From positions 107,942,001 to 108,006,000 of the forward strand of contig OX597814.1 of the NCBI GenBank assembly GCA_951406725.2: DNA of 64,000 bases. The letters run 5' to 3'. The translations under genes and the position numbers were made by a program. The notes beneath the pieces are model-generated. The model was not told the origin of the DNA. It made no database searches and was given only the letters and a program-made list of their open reading frames with translations. Origin of the DNA: Octopus vulgaris (Eukaryota). Shown here in pieces: positions 49,890-63,089 of this stretch (position 1 is the stretch's first letter; each line of letters begins with the position of its first letter).

Positions 49890-50524
49890 TCTGTCCAAAT
49901 TGGTGTGCTAAACTCAAATTTTCATTTCTGAAAAGCTTTTAAATTTCCAAAGGAAACTAATGGCATGTGCTGTTCAGGCAGTAAAGTAAGATTGCCAGCA
50001 CTACCGGCTCTTCCGCAACCTCTTGTAGATCTTCTGGAAAGCACTTCCATCCAGTCAAAGAATTTTCTGAACAATATCAGACAGAACAACCCTGCATTTC
50101 AAATGACATTGTTTGGTGCATGGATTTACGCCAACATTCAAAGTCCAAGGGCAAGTCTGTCACCTCATTGCTTCTCTGTTACCCACAAATGAACAACCAC
50201 AGTTCCTCCAAATTTACTTTATTAGTGATGTAGGACAACAAACCCGAAGGAAGTGTCAGCATTTCAGATGGTGGGTCGTGTTAGACACAGCGCCGACTGC
50301 CGCAAAAGAGAGTATATCCACTGACAGCTTCTCGGTCCGTTCAAAAATCACATAACCCCCACAGGTTAAGACCTGAAATACTTCAAAGAGACGCATAGCA
50401 TGTTGCACTCCACAAATGTTTTGCTATCAATACTGCACTTTCCTATATCACCTGTTTCAACATAACTGTAATATATTATATACAATGCCATTTCAATCCC
50501 GAGCAACGCTGGGTGTCTCTGCTA

Positions 50525-50525
<1 letters not shown>
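49890..50525 (+). mobile_element. Internally deleted Helitron: Rep N-terminal coding remnant plus 3' terminus
   Basis: KFPKETNGMCCSGSKVRLP...FLNNIRQNNPAFQMTLFG and FTPTFKVQGQVCHLIASLLP..QPQFLQIYF; ends cccgagcaacgctggg...CTAG|t. Confidence 0.85.
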
Positions 50526-50559
<34 letters not shown>

Positions 50560-50569
50560 CACACACACA

Positions 50570-51103
50570 CGAGGATGAATCAAAAAGTAATAGCATTTTG
50601 TTTAGGACAGGTATAATTACCAACACAAGAACCTGTATCATACAACAAAATAAAGCTGGTCCTCAGTGGATCACGTCCCTACTTCTTAACATAGAGTTTC
50701 TCTTAATAGCAATGTTCCTTCTTCGAATGAGAGCATATATCTCTGCCCTGTAAAAGTCTGTTGATTGTTCTTTGAGCCACTTCACTACAGTTTTCACTTC
50801 CTCATCACTGGACTATCATCTTTTCAGCGCCACGAAAGAGGGTTTGAGAGGCAAACATTATTCCAGTGACGAGGAAGTGAAAACTGTTGTGAGGAAGTGG
50901 CTCAAAGAACAGTCAACAGAATTTTACAGGACAGGGATACATGCTCTCATTCGAAGGTGGAACATTGCTATTGAGAGAAACGCTATGCTGAGAAGTAGGG
51001 ATGTGATCCACAGAGGACCAGCTTCATTTTGATGTATGATACATGTTCCTGTGTTGGTAATTATACCTGTCCTAAACAAAATGGCATTACTTTTTGACTC
51101 ACC

Positions 51104-51107
<4 letters not shown>
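50570..51107. mobile_element. Fold-back mariner derivative made of two inverted 3' ends
   Basis: Arms 50570-50812 and 50862-51107; DYHLF...LRGKHYSSDEEVKTVVRKWL...FY..GIHAL..RW is the mariner transposase C-terminus. Confidence 0.9.
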
Positions 51108-51177
<70 letters not shown>

Positions 51178-51349
51178 GTGCTTCTTTCAGTTTCTATCTA
51201 CCAAATCCACTCACAAGGCTTTGGTTTGCTTGAGGCTATAGTAGAAGCCACTTGCCCAAGGTGTCACGCAGTGGGACTGAACTCAGTGCCATGTGGTTGG
51301 GAAGCAAGCTTCTTACCACACGGCCACTCCTGCACCTATATATATATAT

Positions 51350-51998
51350 GTATGGTGCTTGAGGAAACCTCTGTGCATGAGGAGACCTATTGACTCAAGT
51401 ACATCAACATCAAAATAAAAATCAAATAGATATTGTAGTTGTGATACCCGTGCCGGTGGCACGTTGGGCCTCACAGAGGAAATGACAAAAGACCGAGACC
51501 TCTGAGATATGCTGTGACTGTGAAGACCCAACAAATGAAGTGAGTTTATGGCTCGCAGGACGGCCTGCTGTGCTAACCTTGGATCGTAGAGTGACCCATT
51601 GTGCTTGAGGAGACCTATTGAGTCAAGTACGTCAACACCAACATCAAAATACAAATCAAATGGAAATTGTAGTTATGATATCCGTGCCGGTGGCGCGTAA
51701 AAAGCACCATCCAAGCATGGCTGATGCCAGTGCTGCCTGACTGGCGTCTGTGTTGGTGACACGTAAAAAGCACCAACTGATCGCGGCCGTTTGCCAGCCT
51801 CCTCTGGCCCCTGTGCCAGTGGCACGTAAAAAACACCCCCTACACTCATGGAATGGTTGGTGTTAGGAAGGGCATCCAGCCATAGAAACACTGCCAGATC
51901 AGATTGGAGCCTGGCGCAGCCTCCTGGCTTCCCAGACCCCGGTCGAGCCGTCCAACCCATGCCAGTATGGAAAACGGATGTTAAATGATGATGACGAT
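51350..51998 (+). mobile_element. RTE 3' end, second subfamily, with partial duplication
   Basis: GLTEEMTKDRDL-like ORF end and (TGA)n tail; same subfamily inverted at 59304-59829. Confidence 0.8.
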
Positions 51999-52129
51999 GG
52001 TCTAATTTAGGGTGGAAAGTGTAAGGGAGCTATTGAAGATGTGGTGCCAAATCCATCTTAGAGTGGTCAGATTGTTCAACTTGAACAATCCTAAGTTGAT
52101 GTATATGGAGAAAAGAGTGGACAAGAAGG

Positions 52130-52526
52130 GAATGTATGCACACTCACGCATGCATATAGGCACACACACACAAGCACATACATGCACACACTCATATGCA
52201 TACATGTACACACAAATACATTCATATAAATGCATAAACACTTGTATATATGTGTATGTGCACACTTGTGTATACACACACACACACACACACCTACACA
52301 TACACACATATCAATACATCCACACACATTTACATATATACACATGGTTTTATGTTTGCAAGCATAATTATATGCATATTTACATATATGAATATATAAT
52401 CACATGAAATTACATATTCATACTCAGATTTATATACACACATGCACCAACATTTTGTTTGTGTGTGTGTAAACTTAACACTGTGTATGTTTGCATGTGT
52501 ATTATACATTCTGATTGCATGTAATC

Positions 52527-52560
<34 letters not shown>

Positions 52561-52701
52561 CATATATATAATGTAGGTGTGTGTGTGTATTCCTGTACAT
52601 ATGTTTTGAATGTCTGTATGTGTGTGTGAGTGTGTGTGTGTGTATAAACCTATCACTATGTGTATGTTTGCATGTAACCTCTGTGTGTGTGTGTGTATAT
52701 A

Positions 52702-52737
<36 letters not shown>

Positions 52738-52810
52738 ATGTGTGTGTGTGTGTGTGTGCGTATTCCTGTGCATATGTTTTGCATGCCTTAGTATGTGTGT
52801 GTGTGTTTAT
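52130..52810. repeat. Degenerate CA/TG/TA microsatellite field
   Basis: Direct reading. Confidence 0.9.
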
Positions 52811-54281
52811 CATCAGTACACTAATTCACATTGAAATTGATTTCCCAACTGAGTCATAAAGGAGAGTGTGAGGGGGGAGTGAGTGAAAGAGAGAGAGTTA
52901 GATAGATAGAAAGAGTAAGAGAGTGAGTGAGTGAGTGAAAGAGGTTTGTAGGAGAGTTGTGAATGTGGTGAGTCAGAATTAGTCACCACTCCTCAGTCAA
53001 CTATTTTCCTAAATGGTCTAATAACCAGGAGTGGAACTGGACAGTTGGCTGGCATAATGTTACAAGAAACTATAAATAGCGAAAACGGTAACGCTAGTTA
53101 GTCAGAAATTTGGTCCAGAAATCAAGGAATACAGCTTTAGTTTGAGATATTCTACAGAGCATCACAGAATTTCACGGCTTCTTCTATTACATGGAATTGG
53201 ATAGCAGATAGGTGTTTCTTCCATCCGAAGAACAGAAATGGTTATATATTTCCTATATTTACTCCCTGCCTTAAAACTGGTTTCAAATTATGGCACAAAG
53301 CCTGCAATTATAAAAGTGGGGAACACAACAAGGACAGTCAACAATTTGTGTGAGGATTTACATAAAAGACGAGGAGGAAAAAATGGAAAAAAACAGTGAA
53401 AAGTGATAAATGTATGCAGAGTACAGAAAGTATGTGATAACATAACTGATGTAATCCACCTGATACAGGAGAATCTCCCAACTAGGGTCAGTTAAGGGAT
53501 CCAACATATCCAGGATTACTTTGACCACCACAGGTACAGACCCCTTTCCCCTGCTCTCCAATCTACAGGTGCATTATCATCATCATTGTTTAGCATCTGT
53601 TGTCTATGCTGGCATGGGTTGGATGTTTTGACCAGGGCTGGCAAGCTTGAAGGCTGCACCTGACCCCAGTCTGATTTGGCATGGTTTCTACAGCTGAATG
53701 TCCTCCCTAATGCCAATCATTCTGAGAGTGTAATGGGTGCTTTTACATGCCACTGGCATAGATGTCATTTACAGGACACCGGTATCTGCCATGACTGTGA
53801 TTTTACTTGGCTTGATGCGGTCTTCTTCTCAAGCGAGACATAATGCCAAAGGTCTTGGGCATTGCCTCCAATAATAATAATTCTTTCTCACTTTGGCACA
53901 AAACCAGCAGTTTTGAGGGAGGGGCCAGTTAGTTACATTGACCCCCACTACTTGGCTGGTACTTATCTTACTGACCCCTGGAGGATGAAAGGTAAAGTCA
54001 ACCTCAGTGACATGTGAACTCTGAACATCAAAACAGAAGCAATTCCACAAAGCATTTCGTCCACCATGCTAACGACTCTTTAAGTTATGATGATGTTGTA
54101 AGGTGAGTTGCAACAAAGTGAAATAATCCCAGTATATTACTGATATTATAATCGAGGCTGGAGTGATGAGTAATAAAGTTAATATAAAGTGTTGGTGCCC
54201 GGGCATGGCCACAGCCAATAGCTGGAACAAGTGAGATGGAAAGGAGTCGAACCAACAGAAAATGTAAATGAAGTACTCTCT

Positions 54282-54318
<37 letters not shown>

Positions 54319-54470
54319 CACATGCACACACACACTTGCACACGTCCATACTCACAAGCATATGTCTATGCGCACATGCTTGCAAACATGCACATGTTTA
54401 CACATACGTGCTCCAAATCACACGCAACCCATATGATGTTACTTTTCAGTGCAGATTTGATTCAGATTAA

Positions 54471-54508
<38 letters not shown>

Positions 54509-54944
54509 TATTTATCTGTATGCATACATGTATGTGTCTGCATGTTTGCTAAGGTATGTGTGTGTGTGTGTGTATGTTTCAAACCAAATCCCTCCCACCA
54601 ACCCAACTAATTATGTTTACTCAGACTATAAGACCGATAAGTATTTGGTCCACAATTCCTCTATATCTCCGTCATCTCTACCAGCTTAACTAAACACAGA
54701 TAATTGCTTAGAAACTTTTGGTGAAGATAATCAACAAAACAAACTTAGCTGGAAAGAAAAAAAGTAGTCTTAGAGATAAAACTGAATATCTGTATGCTTG
54801 TGATAACCTTTGACTGCCGTAGACATTTTCTTTCGTGGTTGCTCTTGTTTAAAATCTCTCCTCTACATAACCCCTACCTCCATATCACATAATCCCGTTC
54901 TACTTTATTCATAACATTCTCTCTCATTAATTCTACATCACCAC

Positions 54945-55695
54945 CGAGCATGATCGTTGCCAGAGCGGCTATCTGGCCTCCGTGCCGGTGGCACGTAAAA
55001 GACACCATTCGAGCGTGATTGTTACCAGCATCACCTTACTGGCACCCGTGCCGGTGGCATGTGTAAAAGATTCGAGCAAGGTCGTTGCCAGTGCCACCTT
55101 ACTGGCCCCATGCCGGTGGCACATAAAAGCTCACACTACACTCTCAGAGTGGTTGGCGTTAGGAAGGACATCCAGCTGTAGAAACTCTGCCAGATCAAGA
55201 CTGGAGCAGCCATTTGGTTTGCCAGCCTTCAGTCATACGTCCAACCCATGCTAGCATGGAAAGCAGACGCTAAACGATGATGATGATGATGATGATCATC
55301 ATCATCATCATTTTAATGTCCCCTCTGTAACTCACCCCTGTTTTTTTCCCTACTGAAGTATTCATGTATTTATTCCCCATCAAGATGCCTATCTTTGTCC
55401 CTCTGTACTTTTTAATCTCTCATCAACTGGCACAAAACAAATCTGGCTGAATACTACTCCCCTTCCCAGTTGAGAGATTTTGTCTGGCATGATACTTGGT
55501 GACCCTATTGGTGCTGGTGCCACATAAAAAGCACCAGTGCTATGTAAAAAGCATCCAGTACACTCTGTGGCATTAGGAAGGGCATCCAGCTATAGAAACC
55601 ATGCCAAAGCAGACTATGGAACCTGGTGTGGCTCCAAGCCTTACAAGCTCTTGTTAAACCGTCCAGCCCATGCTTAGACTTAGGATGATGATGAT
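54945..55695 (+). mobile_element. Two RTE 3' tail copies
   Basis: Subrepeats, ggaagg(g/a)catccagc and (TGA)n at 55280 and 55685. Confidence 0.8.
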
Positions 55696-56645
55696 TTTTC
55701 ATGCTTGTTTAGGTCAGACTGAGTTTATTGAGACAGATTTTAGATTTTCCACAACCAGATGTTGTTTCTATTTCCAACACTCAACTGTTTCAAATGAAGG
55801 CAATATCTCCCCATGGCCAGACATATTTTGACAGAAAGTTGGAAAGAAATGACACTGCTTATACTACAGTGAGGCTCATTTACGACTATCACAATGACAA
55901 GACAAGGAAATACAAAAACACACTTACATTCATGCTGGGCCCCTTTCATTTTGTCTACCAAATCTGTTCATAAAGCAGTAGTCAACCTGGGAATATAAAA
56001 AAACACTTGGCCAAAGTGCCACTCAGTGGGACTGAACCCCAAACCATGTGGTTAGTAAGTAAATTTCCTAACCAGATACCCATATTTCTCTTAAGTCAGT
56101 TTAGTTAACAACATACTGAAACCCTTTAAAAATCCTTAATCCGTACTTTATGTCATGCTCCTACACACACCATTAATAATAACTCTGCAGATATTCAGCC
56201 TTTCCCAGCATTGAAGAAAATCCCCTTTGAGTAATCCTGGCTTCACCTGGGAAGACCAAATTTGAAATACAGGAATTAAAATCAAGGATCCCAAAGATGA
56301 AGCCAAGGTTAATTGTCTGTTCTGTGTTCTGGCATGTGAACAATATATGAGGGCTCACTTGTGAAAGGGTAGCTTTTATGGTCATCTGGTATTTTACACA
56401 ACACAGCACCCATGCTGGTGCCATGTGAAAAGTACCAGTACACTCTGTAAAGTGGTTGGCATTAGGGAGGGTATGCAGCCATCGAAACCATGCCAAGACT
56501 ACAATAGATGTTGATTTTGCTCCTGGCCTTTCCAGCTCCTGTGAAACTGTTCAACCCATACCAGCATGGAAAGCAGACATTAAATGATGATGACAATGAC
56601 CGTACCATTTTGAAGACTCTTGAAATAAGACTACAATGTCTTTTA

Positions 56646-57042
56646 GTACAGTTCTATATTTAAGAGATGAGGAATTATGTACATTATTTACATTTGACGG
56701 ATATTTGTCCTCATCTTGTTTGTTGTTAACACGTTTTGGCTGATATACTCTCCAGGTTTCATCAGGTGTCTTGGGGAAATTTTGAACCTATGTTCTCATT
56801 CCTATACCCATGGGTATATACCCATGTGTAGTGGTTAAGAGCACAGGCTACTATCCCCAAGATTTTGAGTTCGATTCCAAGCAGTGACCTGAATAATAAT
56901 AATAATAATATCGAAAAATACCTTAGGAATGAGAACCCAGGTTCAAAATTTCCCCAAGACACCTGTTGAAGGCTGGAGAGTATATCAGCCGTTGTTAACA
57001 ACAAACAAGATGAGGACAAATATCCATCAAATGTAAATAATG
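56646..57042 (+). mobile_element. SINE family D with inverted 5' duplication (hammerhead cores decayed)
   Basis: 56646-56805 is the inverted tail; head gtagtggttaagagcacaggctactatcccc at 56828. Confidence 0.85.
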
Positions 57043-57403
57043 CCTTTAAAAAAGAATATGTATTTGTGAGAGATGTTTTGGTATTAAGAATCCAGGATGA
57101 ACCACAAAAACCAACTTCATACTTTAACATCTCAGATCACTCACATAAAATGCCCCCCTCTTCTCTCCCTCACCTCTCAGTTGAAGCGTGTTCTTTAGTA
57201 TTGTTAGTTACTAGACAACCTCCCTGGGGGTGCTCTCATTATAAAAGCACCCAGTCCATCCTCTGTAAAGTGGTTTGTATTAGGAAGAGTATCCAACCAC
57301 AGAAACCATGCCAAAAATGAGACATGGGAGCAAGATATATTCCTCCAAACTCTTAGATTAGGAATTGACAAATTTCTTATATCATTGACCCTTCCTCCAC
57401 TTC

Positions 57404-57440
57404 ATGAAGTCAACGATAACTTAGTTATCGTTGACTTCAT
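57404..57440. repeat. Perfect palindrome, 18-bp arms with 1-nt spacer
   Basis: atgaagtcaacgataact-t-agttatcgttgacttcat. Confidence 0.92.
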
Positions 57441-57499
57441 TTAAATTTCTAAAATATGATTAAAAACTATAATAAAAACTTTGATTAAAAAATGATAAG

Positions 57500-57865
57500 T
57501 CCCGTGCTAGTAACTTGTAAAAAGTACGATTTGAGCGTGATCGTTGCCAATGCCACCTGACTAGCTCCATGCTGGTGGAATGTAAAAAAACACCATTTGA
57601 GCGTGGTCACTGCCAGTATCACATGACTGGCTCGGCATGTAAAAAGTACCATTCAAGCGTGGTCGATGCCAGTACTGCCTGACTAGCCCTCATGCTGGTG
57701 GCATGTAGAAAGCACCCACAACACACTTGGAGTGGTTGGCATTAAGAAGAGCATCCAGCTGTAGAAACTTTGCTAGATCAGATTGGAGCCTGGTGCAGTC
57801 CTCAGTCAAACTGTCCAACCCATGCCAGCATGGAAAGCAGACGTTAAACAATGACGATGATAATG
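57500..57865 (+). mobile_element. RTE 3' tail with subrepeats
   Basis: Same modules as 47648-48210. Confidence 0.8.
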
Positions 57866-58069
57866 AATTCCTTTGTTCATTTGTATCATTATAGCTTTTA
57901 ATAAGAAATATTTAGAGAAATTTAATGAAATTGATAAAGAGCAATCAAAATTCTGAGATATTTGGAATATTTAATGTGAAATACATGTTTGGTGAATACT
58001 AATTGATATCTCATTGATATTTGGCTGGAAAGAATTTAGTAAAATAACCGTCATTATTAGATTGCTATA

Positions 58070-59160
58070 AGATGGGGAGCTGGCAAAATTGTTAGTGTGC
58101 TGGATGAAATGCTTAGCTGTATTTTACCCATCACTATGTTCTGGGTTTGAATTTGACTGAGGTTGATTTTGCATTTCATCTTTTGGGGGTTGATAAATTA
58201 AGTACCAGTGAAACACTGGGGTTGATGTAATCGACTTGTCTCCTCCCTATAAATTTGAGGCCTTGTGCCTCTAGTAGAAAGGATTATTAAGTTGATATAA
58301 AGGCAGGGAGCTGTCAGAATTGTTACTACGCTGGGCAAAATGCTTAGCAGTAGTTCGTCCAGCTTTACATTTTGAATTCAAATTCTACCAAAGTCGACTT
58401 ATTTCATCAACCCTGAAAAGATGAATGACAAAGCTGACCTTGGCAGAAATTGAACTCAAAATGTAAAGTAAGATGAAATGCTGCTAAGCATTTTGCCTGG
58501 CATGCTAATGATTCTGCCAGCTTGCCATTATAATAATAATTATTCTAATTTTAAAGCAATAAGCTGGCAAAATCGTTAGCATGCTGGGCAAAATGCTTAG
58601 CAGTAATTCATCTGCCGCTACGTTCTGAGTTCAAATTCCGCCAAGGTTGACTTTGCCTTTCATCCTTTCGGGGTCGATTAAATAAGTACCAGTTACACAC
58701 TGGGATCGATATAATCGACTTAATCCATCTGTCTGTCCTTCTTTGTCTCCTCTGTGTTTAGCCCCTTGTGGGTAGTCAACAAATAGGTATTTTGTCTGTC
58801 TTTACGTTCTGAATCCAAATTCCACTAAGGTTGACTTTGCCTTTCATCCTTTCTGTGTCGATAAATTAAGTACCAGTTACTTATTGGGGTCGATCTAATC
58901 GACTGGCCCCCTCCACCAAAATTTCGGGCCTTGTGCCTAGAGCAGGAAAGAATAATTATCCTAATTTTGGCACAAGGTCAACCATTTTCATGAGAGAGGA
59001 TTAGTTGATTTCATCAACCCCAGTACATAACTGGTACTTTATTAAACTTGAAACAACGAAGGGCACAGTTGTGTTGGAATTTGAACTGGGTTTGTAAAGA
59101 ACTGGATGAAATGCTACACAGCAGGATGTGCAAAGTGTGACCAATTTGGTTTGTTCGTCA
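58070..59160. mobile_element. Pile of SINE family A copies, including an inverted pair (58300-58530) and a composite (58556-58955)
   Basis: Repeated head and Meta-like modules in both orientations. Confidence 0.85.
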
Positions 59161-59281
59161 CTTTGATTAAAATGATTTCAAGTACAAATCTTGAAAATAA
59201 TTAATATGAACTTATTGAACTGACATAAATGCTTCACCAGCTGTAAATAACAGCCAAATTCTCTTCAAATCATTGTCTTAA

Positions 59282-60029
59282 TTCTTTAGCATTTAAACCA
59301 GCTATCATCATCATCATTTAACGTCCGTTTTCTATGCTAGCATGGGTTGGACGGTTCAACCAGGGGTCTGGTAAGCCATAGGGCTGCACCAGGCTCCAGT
59401 CTGTCTGGCAGTGTTTCTACAGCTTGATGCCTTTCCTAACGCCAACACTCCATGAGTGTGGTGGGCGCTTTTTACATGCCACTGGCACAGGGGCCAGAGG
59501 AGGCTGGCAAACGGCCATGATCAGTTGGTGCTTTTACGTGTCACCGACACGGACGCCAGTCAGGCGGCGCTGGCATCTGCCACGTTTGTATGGTGCTTTT
59601 TATGTGTCACCGGCACAGGTGTCTTAACTACAATTTCCATTTTTATTTTGATGTTGGTGTTGACGTACTTGACTCAATAGGTCTCCTCGAGAACAGCGGG
59701 TCACTCTACGATCCAAGGTTAGCACAACAGGCCATCCTGCGAGCCATGAACTCACTTCATTTGTCGGGTCTTCACAGTCACAGCATATCTCAGGGGCCTC
59801 GGTCTTCGTCATTTCTTCTGTGAGGCCCTATATCCATCCAAAATTTTCTACTTGTTTTATGTCAAACTAAGTTGGATCTGATCTCTCACACCTATCCTAC
59901 AATGTCATTCTAAAAATAAACAATTACATCATCAAAATCTCAAAGCTTTGAGATTATGCCTGATTAATTAAAAAAAAAATTAGAATAAATAAGCAATAAA
60001 CTCGACTAAATAATCTAAATGCAGAAGGA
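59282..60029. mobile_element. piggyBac-like MITE (TTAA flanks) interrupted by an RTE 3' end
   Basis: ttaa|ttctttagcattta...taaatgcagaagga|ttaa; an uninterrupted partial relative lies at 10843-11000. Confidence 0.55.
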
Positions 60030-60201
60030 TTAAATAACGTAGTCCTACATTCCTCTAAAAAGATGGGATGGTCGTGGTTGGCATACATTTGATCATGCGT
60101 CTACTCTGTCAAGGTTGGCCTGGGGCTAAACAACTACAACAGCAACATGAACCTGTCCTCATCCTTAATGACTTAATACTCCACCAGAAACTATTACTCA
60201 C

Positions 60202-60271
60202 CTGTAGCCTGTGAAAAACACCTTTTTATTAGTTGACAGGTAAAAGGAGTGGAGGTGTAACGCCAACTCAT
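60202..60271 (-). CDS. Candidate first coding exon, MSWRYTSTPFTCQLIKRCFSQAT (phase 1), mitochondrial-presequence-like
   Basis: ATG at 60271, open to a perfect donor CAG|gtgagt at 60202/60201; no acidic residues, R/K/S/T-rich, RCFS motif; CCAAT box ~100 bp upstream; unique sequence. Confidence 0.42.
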
Positions 60272-60589
60272 AATAATGAGTTTGGTTAATTTAGAATATT
60301 AATTTCCACCAACAGGATGTTCTCTCTTCAACGTTCTGTTTACAGAAATATGATTTCTGACATTTTAACCAATCAGGTCCCAGGTAAAAATAGGAAATTA
60401 AGTAACTGATCGGAAAGGTAAGGCACTTGGTGGGCATCGGTGATTATATACATATGTAGCAGGTGTGGAAGGGAGGGTGTATATAATGTGTGTAGGCGGG
60501 TGAATGTGCGTCGGCGTTAATTGTGTGTGTGTGTATGTAACATCACTGCCTGTAGAGAGGCTGGTATATATATATATATATATATGTAC

Positions 60590-60998
60590 ACATAGGAGTG
60601 GCTGTGTGGTTAGTAGCTTGCTTACCAACCACATGGTTCCGGGTTCAGTCCCACTGCGTGGCACCTTGGGCAAGTGTCTTCCACTATAGTCTTGGGCCGA
60701 CCAAAGCCTTGTGAGTGGATGTGGTAGATGGAAACTGAAAGAAGCCTGTCATATATATGTATATATATGTATGTGTGTTTATATGTTTGTGTGTCTGTGT
60801 TTGTCCCCACCAACATCACTTGACTACCAATGCTGGTGTGTTTACGTCCCCGTAACTTAGCGGTTCGGCAAAAGGGACCGATAGAAGAAGTACTAGCCTT
60901 ACAAAGAATAACTCCTGGGGTCAATTTGCTTGACTAAAGGTGGTGCTCCAGCATGGCCACACTCAAATGACTGAAACAAGAAAAAGAATAAAAGAGGT
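60590..60998 (+). mobile_element. Full-length SINE family B
   Basis: Head, CORE-like domain, microsatellite and tail. Confidence 0.9.
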
Positions 60999-61119
60999 AT
61001 ATTTAGTGTAGGTGGGTGAATAATGTGTTTGGGGCATATAATTGTGTGTGTATGCATAACTGTAACATCGCTACCTGTGTGTGTATGTATACATGTAACA
61101 TCAGCAGAGAGGCTGATGC

Positions 61120-61209
61120 ATGTGTGTGTGTGTATGTATATACATATACATATATATACATATATATATATATATACATACATATATACATACATATATA
61201 CATACATAT

Positions 61210-61267
<58 letters not shown>

Positions 61268-61304
61268 CATTTATATATATATATACACATATATATATAC
61301 ATAC

Positions 61305-61359
<55 letters not shown>

Positions 61360-61541
61360 CATACATATATATATATATATATACACATACACACATATAT
61401 ATATATACACATACACACATATATATATATATATATACACATATATATATATATACATACACATACATATATATATATATATACACATACATACATATAT
61501 ATATACACATACATACATATATATATATACACATACACACA

Positions 61542-61585
<44 letters not shown>

Positions 61586-61666
61586 CACACATATATAAAT
61601 ATATATATACATATATATACACATACACACATATATATATATATATATACATATATATATACACAT

Positions 61667-61715
<49 letters not shown>

Positions 61716-61745
61716 CATACATATATATATATATACACACACATA
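61120..61745. repeat. ~620-bp compound (TA)n/(CA)/(TACA) microsatellite
   Basis: Direct reading; source of the long I/Y/C/V ORFs. Confidence 0.97.
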
Positions 61746-62691
61746 TTTTTTGCCTGTTATGTTTGTTATATATTTTTTTCATTTTATATATATATATGAT
61801 GATATACACACACACACATGTACATGCAACCCCCCCCCCCTGTTCAGCAGGTGATATTCACCACTCCATCCTACATAACCAGCGACTGATCTCACACAAC
61901 CATTCCCAAATCTAACGATCAAAGAATCAAATATAATTTTCTATTTTTCCTTTTGTTATTGCTTAGTCAGAGGATGGAGGTGTGTGTGGTGGAGGTGTGC
62001 ATTTCAGCCTCCATAGTTATTTTCTGGGTCGTTGATCAAATATATATGTTTTAGACTGTAGGTTATGATTTCAGGGAAACGTGGTCACCATTTACACATT
62101 TTGACTCAATAACTTCGTTTTGGCAATCCTTTGGTGTTGGTACATGATGTCATTCGCCCACACAACCCCTTCCCTCATGGCATAAAGAAGCTTGGCTGAA
62201 AAAGAGGGTGAATGACATCATCTCCTCACACTGAACTCTGTAGACCAATACTGAAGAAATCTCTTTCATTTTGTTATTGTTAAGGAGTGAACCAGTGGAA
62301 TTGTTAATGCCTTGGGGAAAATGGTAACTAGAATGTCTTTTGGCTCTTTACGTTCTGAGTTCAAATCCTAACAAGACTGATTTTGCCCTTTGTCCTTTTG
62401 GAAGACAATAAAATAAGTATCAATCAAGCACTGGGGTTGATATGATTATGAACCACCGGCACAAGTGCCATTGACCCCACACTGGCATCAGCCATGACTA
62501 TGGACCCACTTGACTTGACAGGTTAACACAAGCATGGTATTTTGCCAAAGATCTTGGTCGCCTGTCACTGCCTCCATGAGGCCAAACACATGAACAGTGC
62601 TTTCTATGTGCCACCAGCATGGGTGCAAGTCAGATGGCACTGGTATTGGCCACAACTACAATTTCATTCAGTTCAACAGCATATCATCCAT

Positions 62692-62915
62692 GTTTCTTTA
62701 TTGCCCACAAGGAGCTAAACATAGAGGGGACAAACAAGGACAGACAAAGGGATTAAGTCAATTACACTGACCCCAGTGCATAACTGGTACATAATTTATC
62801 GACCCCGAAAGGATGAAAGGCAAAGTCGACCTCGGCAGAATTTGAACTCAGAACGTAATGACAGATGAAATACCACTAAGCATTTTGCCCGGCATGCTAA
62901 CATTTCTGCCAGCTC
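62692..62915 (-). mobile_element. SINE family A long-tail copy
   Basis: Reverse complement of the 38491 type. Confidence 0.85.
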
Positions 62916-63089
62916 GCACAGCATATCACCCAACAATTGAAGGGTGCTTTTAAAGGACCAGTTATGTGACACTGGCATCGGGCATGACAGAAAGAATTAT
63001 TTGTGCATAGATCAGATATTGAACTTGTGGGTAGACCGGACCACTTTACTGAATGTGCTGGGTGCTTTTTATGTGGCACCAACACAAGT

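Noticed and set aside
56173-56250. Possible exon 2 for the 60.2-kb exon (acceptor ttcccag|GTGAAG)
   Set aside because: Phase-1 frame stops after 24 codons, giving an implausibly short product
61003-61854. Long I/Y/C/V-rich ORFs (also at 12.7, 27.2 and 52.0-52.8 kb)
   Set aside because: Dinucleotide microsatellites lack stop codons
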